From a virus: 64,000 bases of DNA. The stretch covers positions 15,314 to 79,313 of IMG/VR virus record IMGVR_UViG_3300029309_000013. One strand, 5' to 3'. Numbering within the stretch: the stretch's first letter is position 1; every line of letters begins with the position of its first letter. The translations under genes were made by a program, and so were the position numbers. Below, one piece after another: positions 15,673 through 23,789 of the stretch. Under the pieces are notes generated by a model. That model saw only the letters and a list, made by a program, of their open reading frames with translations. It ran no database searches and was not told the DNA's origin.

Positions 15673-16730
15673 AAACAATTGTAACAATAACTGGTATACG
15701 ACCTGATTTTATTCGTATGTCTGAGATTTTTAAAAAACTAGATAATGCAACATGGTGCAATCATATTTTGATACACACAGGACAGCATTATGATAAACTG
15801 ATGTCTGATGTCTTTTTTGATGATTTGGAAATAAGACAACCAGACTATAATTTGTTGATTGGCGGACCAGGAAAAAAACACTATCATCAACAGGCAGAGT
15901 TGGGTATAAAAATAATTGAACTGTTCCAAAACCATAACATCAGCCCTGATGTCGTACTGTTTCTTGGTGATAGTAATTCTGTGTTAGCTTCTGTTCCCTT
16001 GAGGAAAGAGGGTTATAAAGTAGGTCACATAGAAGCAGGTATGAGAAGTTATGACGAAAGAATGCTTGAAGAGCTTAACAGAAAAGTGTGTGATCATATG
16101 AGTAATTTTCTATTTGTATATCATGAAAACTACAGGCAAAAAGCTTTAAAAGAAGGTATAAAAGATAATAGAATCTTTGTTGTTGGTAATACAATTGTTG
16201 AGCCGTTACTTAAGATAGCCAATGGGTCAAATAATAACAAAAAGCACATTCTACTTGATATACACCGACCAGAAAACTTTAAATACCCTGAAAGGATGAG
16301 TAAAATAATAAAATTTGCTAATCAAGCTTATGATAGCACCGGGATGCCTGTAAAGATGCTTAAATTCGGGAGAACAATAAAGGCCCTAGAAGAGTATAAA
16401 ATTAGCACCGGAGCAGTTGAAGTTGTTGATTTGATGGGCTACAAAGACTTCGTGAAGTTTATGAAAGACTCATTGTTTATTATAAGCGATAGTGGAACAG
16501 CCCAAGAGGAACCAGCATTGCTAGGAGTGCCCGTAATCGTACCCAGAGATTTTACAGAAAGACCAGAATCACTCGATAACAATAACAGTATCATGTTGTC
16601 CCCACTGAGTGAAGAAAATTACAGCAGAGCTATTTCTTGGGCCTTGAGAGACAAACATATGGAGACTGCTTGGCTAGGCGATGGAAAAACTAGTGATAAA
16701 ATAATCAATATTTTAAAGGATAAATTATAA
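15669..16730 (+). CDS. wecB: UDP-N-acetylhexosamine 2-epimerase (non-hydrolysing; WecB/WbjD/Cap5G-like)
   Basis: GIRPDFIRM, HTGQHYD, GDSNS, HIEAGMRS, EELNR, HRPEN, SDSGTAQEEP, TERPE. Confidence 0.88.
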   Translation: MKTIVTITGIRPDFIRMSEIFKKLDNATWCNHILIHTGQHYDKLMSDVFFDDLEIRQPDYNLLIGGPGKKHYHQQAELGIKIIELFQNHNISPDVVLFLGDSNSVLASVPLRKEGYKVGHIEAGMRSYDERMLEELNRKVCDHMSNFLFVYHENYRQKALKEGIKDNRIFVVGNTIVEPLLKIANGSNNNKKHILLDIHRPENFKYPERMSKIIKFANQAYDSTGMPVKMLKFGRTIKALEEYKISTGAVEVVDLMGYKDFVKFMKDSLFIISDSGTAQEEPALLGVPVIVPRDFTERPESLDNNNSIMLSPLSEENYSRAISWALRDKHMETAWLGDGKTSDKIINILKDKL

Positions 16731-17296
16731 TGGCTAATTGGTTAACAAGAACAGTAAATGGATTTTTGAATCCAAACGATTCAGTTTTGGATTTATGTTG
16801 CGGAATTGGAAATGTATCAGATGGTTTTTTATATTCTGAAATAACTGGGATTGATGCATGCGAAGAATATTTGGAAGTCTATAGGGCAAAGTTGCCCAAT
16901 AGTGAAACATTGTTGTTTGATTTGTCCAAATTGGCTGATAGTGAACTAGATATTTTTTCTGAAAAAAGATTTGATAATGTTCTCTGTATTGATGGAGTAG
17001 AGCATTTAGAGAAACAAGAGGCTATTAAATTAATAGAAAGAATGGAGAAAATGGCTAGAAAAAAAGTTATTATTTTCACACCAGAAAATGCCTCTAACCC
17101 AAACGCACCAACCTTGAATCACCCTAAAAACACCTGGGGTATTACTGCTGGTGATAGCTGGCAAATCCACAGAAGTGGTTTTTCTAGAGATTTTTTTAGA
17201 CAAAGAGGGTATAACGTGATACAATGTAATATGGCTAAAAATGTTTATGATGGATCAAATTATTATGAAATGCTTTATGTTTTGGAGAAAAAATGA
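16730..17296 (+). CDS. class I SAM-dependent methyltransferase
   Basis: VLDLCCGIG, TGID, FDNVLCIDGVEHL. Confidence 0.85.
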   Translation: MANWLTRTVNGFLNPNDSVLDLCCGIGNVSDGFLYSEITGIDACEEYLEVYRAKLPNSETLLFDLSKLADSELDIFSEKRFDNVLCIDGVEHLEKQEAIKLIERMEKMARKKVIIFTPENASNPNAPTLNHPKNTWGITAGDSWQIHRSGFSRDFFRQRGYNVIQCNMAKNVYDGSNYYEMLYVLEKK

Positions 17297-18237
17297 ATGA
17301 TAATATTTTAATTGTTGGCGGTTGTGGTTATATTGGAGGATTTCTAACAGATTATTTGAAATCGTTTAACTATAACATAACTGTATATGACAATCTTTTG
17401 TTTGAAAGTAGGTTTCTTAAAGATTGTAACTTTATATTTGGAGACATTAGAGACACTGATAAGTTGTCCTCTATTGTTAATGACTACGATACAGTCATTT
17501 GGTTAGCTGGATTAGTTGGTGATGGAGCCTGTGCTGTAAATCCTGAACTAACTAAAACCTTGAATGTTGACACAGTAAAATGGCTCGTAGATAATTTTAA
17601 TGGAAAAATTATTTTTCCATCTACCTGTTCTGTGTATGGGATCAATAATGATTTGATTTCTGAAGAGGCAACCCCTAACCCTCTATCATTATATGCAGCA
17701 ACTAAACTAGAGGCAGAGCAATATGTTTTATCAAAAAGACAAGACGCTTTGGTATTTAGGCTGGGTACTCTCTTCGGCCTGGGAGATAGACACTCAAGAA
17801 TGAGGCTGGATCTTGTTGCTAACATATTGTCTATGAAGGCCGCAAATGGACTCCCTTTGACCGTTTTTGGCGGAGAGCAGTGGAGACCACTTCTGCATGT
17901 TCGGGATGTCTCTACGGCCATTCTGCACGGCTTAAAGAACAACATCTCTGGTCTTTATAACTTATCCTATGGAAACTATACCATATCTCAATTAGCTGAT
18001 GAGATTAAGCTTGTAGTTCCTGATTGCGAGGTTGAATACACCGACATGAAATTTGAAGATTTGAGAAACTACAAAGTAAAAAATGAAAAATACATCAACA
18101 CTGGCTGGACGCCACACTACACAATTAAAGATGGAATAGACCAGATCAGCTCGTTAATTAAGGAAAATAGAGTAAAAGATTTGAATGATTTGGTTTATTC
18201 TAATGCTGCATACATGAGGAGAATAAATGATTTCTAA
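17293..18237 (+). CDS. NAD-dependent nucleotide-sugar epimerase/dehydratase (extended SDR)
   Basis: GGCGYIG, STCSVYG, YAATK, RLGTLFG, WRPLLHVRD. Confidence 0.9.
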   Translation: MNDNILIVGGCGYIGGFLTDYLKSFNYNITVYDNLLFESRFLKDCNFIFGDIRDTDKLSSIVNDYDTVIWLAGLVGDGACAVNPELTKTLNVDTVKWLVDNFNGKIIFPSTCSVYGINNDLISEEATPNPLSLYAATKLEAEQYVLSKRQDALVFRLGTLFGLGDRHSRMRLDLVANILSMKAANGLPLTVFGGEQWRPLLHVRDVSTAILHGLKNNISGLYNLSYGNYTISQLADEIKLVVPDCEVEYTDMKFEDLRNYKVKNEKYINTGWTPHYTIKDGIDQISSLIKENRVKDLNDLVYSNAAYMRRINDF

Positions 18238-18640
18238 GATATCTGGTGGACTATTTGCTGATGATAGAGGTTTTTTGAGATTTGTGAATGATTTTAATTT
18301 CTCAAATATAAAGAGATTCTATCAAGTGGAAAATCATTCAAGAGGATACATTCGTGCATGGCACGGTCATAACAAAGAATCAAAGTATGTTTACGTCGCA
18401 AAAGGTTCTGCTTTAGTTGGAGCTGTTAATTTGGAGAACGAAGAGGTTCATAAATTTACTCTTTCTTCGCAATCCCCAGCAGTTTTACACATTCCAGCCG
18501 GCTTTGCAAATGGTTTCAAAACACTAGAGGAGGATACGATAGTTATGTTCTTTTCAACTTCTACTTTAAGTGAGAGCCATGGGGATGATATTAGGTTCCC
18601 TTGGGACAAATGGAACATTTGGGAGGAAAATTACAGATGA
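18227..18640 (+). CDS. cupin sugar 3,5-epimerase/isomerase (RmlC/CapF-cupin-like)
   Basis: DDRGF, IRAWHGH, LHIPAGFANGF, DDIRFPW. Confidence 0.8.
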   Translation: MISKISGGLFADDRGFLRFVNDFNFSNIKRFYQVENHSRGYIRAWHGHNKESKYVYVAKGSALVGAVNLENEEVHKFTLSSQSPAVLHIPAGFANGFKTLEEDTIVMFFSTSTLSESHGDDIRFPWDKWNIWEENYR

Positions 18641-18927
18641 CCTTTTCAGAATATTACGAACACTACCTGACTTTACATACAAATAAGTGGTGTCGCCGGC
18701 TTCATGTATTAGGGCAATTGTTCACAATTGCGTTTGTTGTCCTTGTAATTAACTATTCGCTCTATCCACTATTAATCTTAGGACCTTTCATTGTATATCC
18801 TTTTGCGTGGAGTGGGCATTTTTACTTTGAAAAGAACAAGCCAGCAGCTTTCTCGCGTCCTATTTGGGCAAAAGCTTGCGACTGGATAATGCTAAAAGAT
18901 ATTTTAATTGGGAGAATCAAATGGTAA
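18637..18927 (+). CDS. DUF962/Mpo1-like small membrane protein
   Basis: YLTLH....RRLH..G, hydrophobic segments, FAWSGHFYFEKNKPAAF. ATG 18637 overlaps the upstream TGA. Confidence 0.8.
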   Translation: MTFSEYYEHYLTLHTNKWCRRLHVLGQLFTIAFVVLVINYSLYPLLILGPFIVYPFAWSGHFYFEKNKPAAFSRPIWAKACDWIMLKDILIGRIKW

Positions 18928-19742
18928 AGGTAACTATTTTAGGCAGCACCGGCATGCTAGGTAATTCTGTTACAAGACAGCTTATTTCGAATGAAAACTT
19001 TAACGTAACAACATCATTTAGAAAGGAACAATTCAGACAAAACGAAAATTCTTTCTATTTTGATGCTCTTACAAGTAGACTTCAGGATTTACCAGACAGC
19101 GACTATATTATAAATTGCATTGGTATTATTAAACCATATATGAACGACAATCCTCTTAATGCAATTAAGATTAATTCATTGTTTCCAAGAAATCTTGCAA
19201 ATTGGTGCAAAACTAATAACACTAAGCTAATTCACATCACTACTGATTGTGTATTTTCTGGTCAAACTGGTCGTTATGATGAGAGTAGTTTGCATGATTG
19301 TATAGATGAATATGGTAAATCAAAATCCCTGGGAGAGCCAACAGATTGCATGACGATTCGAACTAGTATTATTGGGGAAGAGATCCATAGCAACAGTAGC
19401 CTTGTTGAGTGGGTTAAGTCCCAAAAAGGAAAAACAATTAAAGGCTTTACAAATCATTTCTGGAACGGAGTAACAACATCTCAATATGGAAAAATTTGTT
19501 CACAAATTATAACAAAAAATCTATACCAAGAAGGCCTATTTCATGTACACTCAGATGATCTTAGTAAGTATGAATTGGTCTCTATAATCAATGATGTATA
19601 TGATTTAGGTATTACAATTGAACCATATAGCACATCAAATTCGTGCGATAGGACCTTAAGGACCAATAAGGAACTAAATAGCGTTCTAAGTATCCCAACT
19701 CTAAAAGAGCAAATTATATCAATGAAAAACTTGACGATATAA
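18921..19742 (+). CDS. NDP-4-keto-6-deoxyhexose reductase (RmlD/WbjC-like)
   Basis: GSTGMLG, NCIGIIK, HITTDCVFSG, YGKSK, RTSIIG. ATG 18921 follows GGAG. Confidence 0.88.
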   Translation: MVKVTILGSTGMLGNSVTRQLISNENFNVTTSFRKEQFRQNENSFYFDALTSRLQDLPDSDYIINCIGIIKPYMNDNPLNAIKINSLFPRNLANWCKTNNTKLIHITTDCVFSGQTGRYDESSLHDCIDEYGKSKSLGEPTDCMTIRTSIIGEEIHSNSSLVEWVKSQKGKTIKGFTNHFWNGVTTSQYGKICSQIITKNLYQEGLFHVHSDDLSKYELVSIINDVYDLGITIEPYSTSNSCDRTLRTNKELNSVLSIPTLKEQIISMKNLTI

Positions 19743-19759
19743 CTTAAATGAGTTATAAT
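19731..19759 (+). promoter_or_regulatory. sigma70-type promoter upstream of the late-sigma operon
   Basis: TTGACG-17 nt-TATAAT. Confidence 0.75.
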
Positions 19760-19789
19760 ATAGTAAATATTTCATATAAGGAGATAAAA

Positions 19790-19990
19790 ATGAAAGACCA
19801 CAAATTATCAAACCAAGCAGTTGGGGCCATTATGATGGCCTTGCAAAAATCCCTTCTGGAGCAGTCCGATATTACACCGGTTCTCCGAGGTTTCAAGGTA
19901 CAGGTGGACGATGCAGGGGAACTTGTAATTGTAAACCCACCAGTTGTTCAAGCCAAAGCTAATGTTAATATTTTAACCGGTGATGAGTAA
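19790..19990 (+). CDS. hypothetical protein
   Basis: ATG 19790 after AAGGAG; MKDHKLSNQAVGAIMMALQK... Confidence 0.6.
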   Translation: MKDHKLSNQAVGAIMMALQKSLLEQSDITPVLRGFKVQVDDAGELVIVNPPVVQAKANVNILTGDE

Positions 19991-20253
19991 TGCCCAAGTA
20001 TGTTTACAAATGTAAATCATGCGATCAACATTTCGAGGTCTATCATGGTATGAGCGAAGAACAAGAAACTTGTATCTTCTGCCCTACCAAAGACCTCGTT
20101 AGGGTGCCTCAAATGCCCCATATTAGCCGCGAAATTAAGTCGGAAGGTAGTAAGGCCGGCGATAAAGTAAAGGCCGCTATAGAGGAAAATAGAGCCATTC
20201 TAGAAGAGGCTAAAAAAGACGCTAGAAGCACTCTCTATGGAGAAGAAAAATGA
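19990..20253 (+). CDS. FmdB-like zinc-ribbon protein
   Basis: MPKYVYKCKSC..HFE......CIFC pattern. Confidence 0.75.
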   Translation: MPKYVYKCKSCDQHFEVYHGMSEEQETCIFCPTKDLVRVPQMPHISREIKSEGSKAGDKVKAAIEENRAILEEAKKDARSTLYGEEK

Positions 20254-20636
20254 CTTTATCAATTTGGTTATCGATAGCACTCGCATTTTCTGTGGGTGTA
20301 AATTTACTTTTGCTCTTATTCTCAGTCCAAAAGTCTAGACAGGTTGTCGCTTTTTCTGAAAACATCACTGAACTTATTGATCTTGTTGGTAACTATAGAG
20401 ATCATTTAAAGGTTGTTTATGAACTTGAAGCCTTTTATGGAGACCCAACTTTAGAGTCCCTACTACAACACACAATAGAGATATCAAAAATATTAGAGGA
20501 AGACTTTTCAGAGTTTGAAGATTATATAGCTGAATATATTTTAGAAGAGGAGCAGCAAAATGGCGAGACGCAGACGGAAGAACCCATCCGAGAAAAGGAT
20601 GTACTTTACGCAGGAGCACGAGAACGCAATAATTGA
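20250..20636 (+). CDS. hypothetical membrane-anchored protein
   Basis: N-terminal hydrophobic helix; 3' end overlaps the sigma gene by 77 nt. Confidence 0.6.
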   Translation: MTLSIWLSIALAFSVGVNLLLLLFSVQKSRQVVAFSENITELIDLVGNYRDHLKVVYELEAFYGDPTLESLLQHTIEISKILEEDFSEFEDYIAEYILEEEQQNGETQTEEPIREKDVLYAGARERNN

Positions 20637-21258
20637 GTATTGTAAAACTGATGATAGAAAAGTAAAAGAGCAGCTTTACATCAAATGGATTCAACCGGCT
20701 TTCAACGAAATGGTTGATAAAATTGTGTTTGCATACAAGTTTACTAGTCTACCAAACATCGACGATTTAAGAATGGAGTGTAAGGTCTGGCTCACAACAA
20801 TTCTGGACAAGTACGATCCTGGAAAAGGCTCCAAGGCATTCTCATACTTCTCAGTAATAACTAAGAATTGGTTTATTCACAAGGTAAAAAAGAACACAAA
20901 AAGACTTCAGAGAGAAGTTCCATATGAAGAAGCAGAGCTTGAATTAGAAACAACTTTCGTAGATCCCGGTCAAACATACTTTGTCGAGACAATCAAAGCA
21001 GAGTTTTGGGATAATTTATGGGTTGAGATTGATACTTGGGATTCTGATTTTGAAAAAGATCAAGAGCGTAAAGTTTATGAAGCTGTTAAGGTTATTCTAG
21101 AGTCTGCCGATCAAATCGATATTCTTAACAAGAAAGCGATATACCTTTATCTAAGAGAACTTACAGGCTTGAACACAAAACAGGTCGTAACTCAACTTAA
21201 CAAAATGCGTTCAAGATATCATATGTTTAAAAAGGACTGGGATGAAGGTAAAATCTGA
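20560..21258 (+). CDS. phage RNA polymerase sigma factor, gp55-like (late transcription)
   Basis: YFT...AI..Y; DL..EC.......KYDP.KGSKAFSYFSVITKNWFI..VKK resembles sigma region 2 and the T4 gp55 'AYFT.I...AF..RI.KE' motif. Confidence 0.75.
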   Translation: MARRRRKNPSEKRMYFTQEHENAIIEYCKTDDRKVKEQLYIKWIQPAFNEMVDKIVFAYKFTSLPNIDDLRMECKVWLTTILDKYDPGKGSKAFSYFSVITKNWFIHKVKKNTKRLQREVPYEEAELELETTFVDPGQTYFVETIKAEFWDNLWVEIDTWDSDFEKDQERKVYEAVKVILESADQIDILNKKAIYLYLRELTGLNTKQVVTQLNKMRSRYHMFKKDWDEGKI

Positions 21259-21278
21259 CTAAAATTCTAGTTATCTGT

Positions 21279-21578
21279 ATGAGTAATAGCAAAAAACACA
21301 TTAAACAAGCGATTGATAATATAGAAGAAGATCGTAAAATCACACGGGAGTTGCTTGATGATGCCATCAAGTGGCTCGCTGTTGACGAAGCGAGACATAA
21401 AGAAATTGGCGTTGTTTTAGCCAAATATGTAGAAACCCTGCAGAGGTCTAACGAGCAGTTAGTAAAACTGTGTTCTCTCATGTCTAAGAATGAGGATACA
21501 GATGAACTAACAGACAAAGACTTCGCAGGGATTTTTGATGCCATACAAAATTCTGAAAAAACGGAGAGTGATAAGTGA
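21279..21578 (+). CDS. hypothetical helical protein (possibly terminase small subunit-like)
   Basis: 99 aa two-helix pattern followed by an acidic tail; first gene after the sigma factor. Function is inferred only. Confidence 0.4.
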   Translation: MSNSKKHIKQAIDNIEEDRKITRELLDDAIKWLAVDEARHKEIGVVLAKYVETLQRSNEQLVKLCSLMSKNEDTDELTDKDFAGIFDAIQNSEKTESDK

Positions 21579-22759
21579 GCGGTCCTTTTGATCAGAGTAG
21601 CATCGCGGATGATAAAGCATTAAATCTACAGTTGAAAGAATTAACGGTAGACTTAATTTATGATAACTATTACAGTAAATTCAAGAATAAATCTGTTTTT
21701 AAGGCAGTGATATTGTCTGGTTATGTTACTGGTAATGCAACTGTTGATGACCCTGGTGATGCTGATCCTGCGACTTTTCCTAAGAAATATAAACTAAGAC
21801 CAATAGAGATACATGATCTGTTTTTACCAGATCCTTTAGAAGTAAAAGAAAATTCAGAGAACAGCTTCTTGCAGTTTAAACGTCTAGTGAAGCTACATCC
21901 ATTCGGTTTCCCGGAAATGGATATAGAAAATAACGCCAAAGCACAATATGTTTATGGTGATATAGTAACGTTTAGATTTGAAGAGGGTCCGTCAAGTAGG
22001 GGTTTCCTTAGATCAATAAGGATAATTCAAAAGGTTGACCATGTAACTGGACTCTTGCCTTTTCAAAAAACCCTAGGGTCAATTACGTATGAACCAGGCG
22101 CCAAGGATGCGTTAGATAATGGTGGTGCCACAACAGCTGCTGAAGCCAAGAGAGAAAAAGATGCTACACCATCGGAGACAAGCAGCACTGGTCATAGAGT
22201 TTCGTGGTCAGCAAAGCCGGGAGTTGTACTCACCACTGCCGCACAAAGAAATTTTTTAGATAATTTAACCAAGAGGTTATCAAAAACCTCTTGGTCTAAA
22301 ACATTAATAGTAAACAGTGGAACCAGATCTCCCAGTGCACAAATGAGAGCGATCATCAAGCAGTATGATAAAAGAGCATCCTGGTTCGACGATAAATATA
22401 AGAAATGGACGCCATACCGATCTGAAATTAAAAAAATATTGCAAAATAAAAGTATAGATAGAATAAAGACTGGAGCAGATGTTATTAGAAAAGCTATAAG
22501 TGCAGGTAGATATATGTCCCTCCACAATATTGGTCTTGCGGTTGATATTCAAACTATAAATTTTACTTACAATGAAGTAGTGGCTCTTCTAAAGGTAATA
22601 AGAGACATGCAGCAACCAACATATGTACGTTGGGAAAATATTGAAGGTAAGCGCAACACTCAATCAATGGAGAAGCGCAGATCAGGTACCGTTAAATCCA
22701 TTGCCTACGAGCACCTCCATATAGGACTTTCAAATATTGTCGATAAGGAAGATGAATAA
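21575..22759 (+). CDS. baseplate hub-associated peptidoglycan peptidase (C-terminal M15-type Zn peptidase)
   Basis: NSGTRSP..Q, SLH..GLAVDI and EHLHI are M15 motifs. The N-terminal domain may be a gp5-like OB fold. Located at the start of the baseplate cluster. Confidence 0.7.
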   Translation: MSGPFDQSSIADDKALNLQLKELTVDLIYDNYYSKFKNKSVFKAVILSGYVTGNATVDDPGDADPATFPKKYKLRPIEIHDLFLPDPLEVKENSENSFLQFKRLVKLHPFGFPEMDIENNAKAQYVYGDIVTFRFEEGPSSRGFLRSIRIIQKVDHVTGLLPFQKTLGSITYEPGAKDALDNGGATTAAEAKREKDATPSETSSTGHRVSWSAKPGVVLTTAAQRNFLDNLTKRLSKTSWSKTLIVNSGTRSPSAQMRAIIKQYDKRASWFDDKYKKWTPYRSEIKKILQNKSIDRIKTGADVIRKAISAGRYMSLHNIGLAVDIQTINFTYNEVVALLKVIRDMQQPTYVRWENIEGKRNTQSMEKRRSGTVKSIAYEHLHIGLSNIVDKEDE

Positions 22760-23787
22760 TGTTTCCAGATAAAAATAGCATCAGTGAAGCCGGAAAAACA
22801 GTAGACGGCTATTACATAGACTCTCAGGAGCTTGTCCCTGTGGGGGCCACCCCTGAGATAGAAAAACAAATCCAACAACGAATTGATGATGGTCTTGTGA
22901 TGAGTGGTCAATATTTGACCAAAGATGTTGATGATATACCTGTGTTTGGGCCACTTGGAGATTGTGAAATAGTATTCGCTAGGAAGGTTAGCAAGAAAGG
23001 ACATCAAGGTTCAAGAATTGTGTTAACAAGGGATAACTATGGACATCGCGGCACTGGCTTTGGTGGTATGGGAGCAACACGCTGTGAGGCAATTGATATT
23101 GTTGCTGGATCTTTGACCGGTGAAGAGAATAAAAAAAACTCAACAATCCAAGCTCGAGCTAGCTTTATTAATGATGCTGCTAGAATATATCTCACTGAGA
23201 GAGGCGATATTCAAAGGTACTTTGGACTACCAGTTGAAAACAGATCCAATTGTTCGGTATCTTCTCTTAATAAATCTGGTATAGGCATTAAGGCTGATCA
23301 TACCGCTATTATTGGTAGAGAGAAGATAACAATTTATGCTGGCTTTGCTGTTAATGCTGACGGTAAAGAGAATCTGACCAGCTTTTCCGAGTCACCACGT
23401 CCAAGAATTGAATTATCTACTGGTGCATCAAAAGGAACACAACCAGCAGTCCTTGGTAACAATCTGGAGGATGCGATAATAGTAGCAAGATCTGAAAGAG
23501 AAGGTTTATTAAAAAAGATACAAGAAATAGAAACAAGTCTTGTTAAACTGTACATCGCTTTAGGGGCACATACCCACCCAGTAGTTGCTCTTGGTGGCGG
23601 TGTAGCATTACCGTCACCTGACTTGATTGGTAATGTTGTGCAAAAATTCCCAGAGTATGGTAAGAAAACAGTCACCAACACAATTGATCTGATTAATCAA
23701 CAGATTGAAGCACTAAACTCAAACGGCTTGACTATAGCAAAGGGCGGAAAAGCACTAACCAGTGATTCTGTATTTATTGGAGATTAA
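22759..23787 (+). CDS. baseplate central spike protein (gp5 C-terminal/gpV-like)
   Basis: Beta-rich repeats (ARIYLTERGDI, GIGIKADHTAIIGRE), QPAVLG and an AHTHP metal-binding tip motif. Confidence 0.6.
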   Translation: MFPDKNSISEAGKTVDGYYIDSQELVPVGATPEIEKQIQQRIDDGLVMSGQYLTKDVDDIPVFGPLGDCEIVFARKVSKKGHQGSRIVLTRDNYGHRGTGFGGMGATRCEAIDIVAGSLTGEENKKNSTIQARASFINDAARIYLTERGDIQRYFGLPVENRSNCSVSSLNKSGIGIKADHTAIIGREKITIYAGFAVNADGKENLTSFSESPRPRIELSTGASKGTQPAVLGNNLEDAIIVARSEREGLLKKIQEIETSLVKLYIALGAHTHPVVALGGGVALPSPDLIGNVVQKFPEYGKKTVTNTIDLINQQIEALNSNGLTIAKGGKALTSDSVFIGD

Positions 23788-23789
23788 AG

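Noticed and set aside
18601-18920. Upstream TTG starts in the ORF track (18601, 18864; likewise 30742, 56966, 57894, 62077, 63276)
   Set aside because: Downstream ATG/GTG starts have Shine-Dalgarno sequences or stop-start coupling and begin at the recognisable domain.
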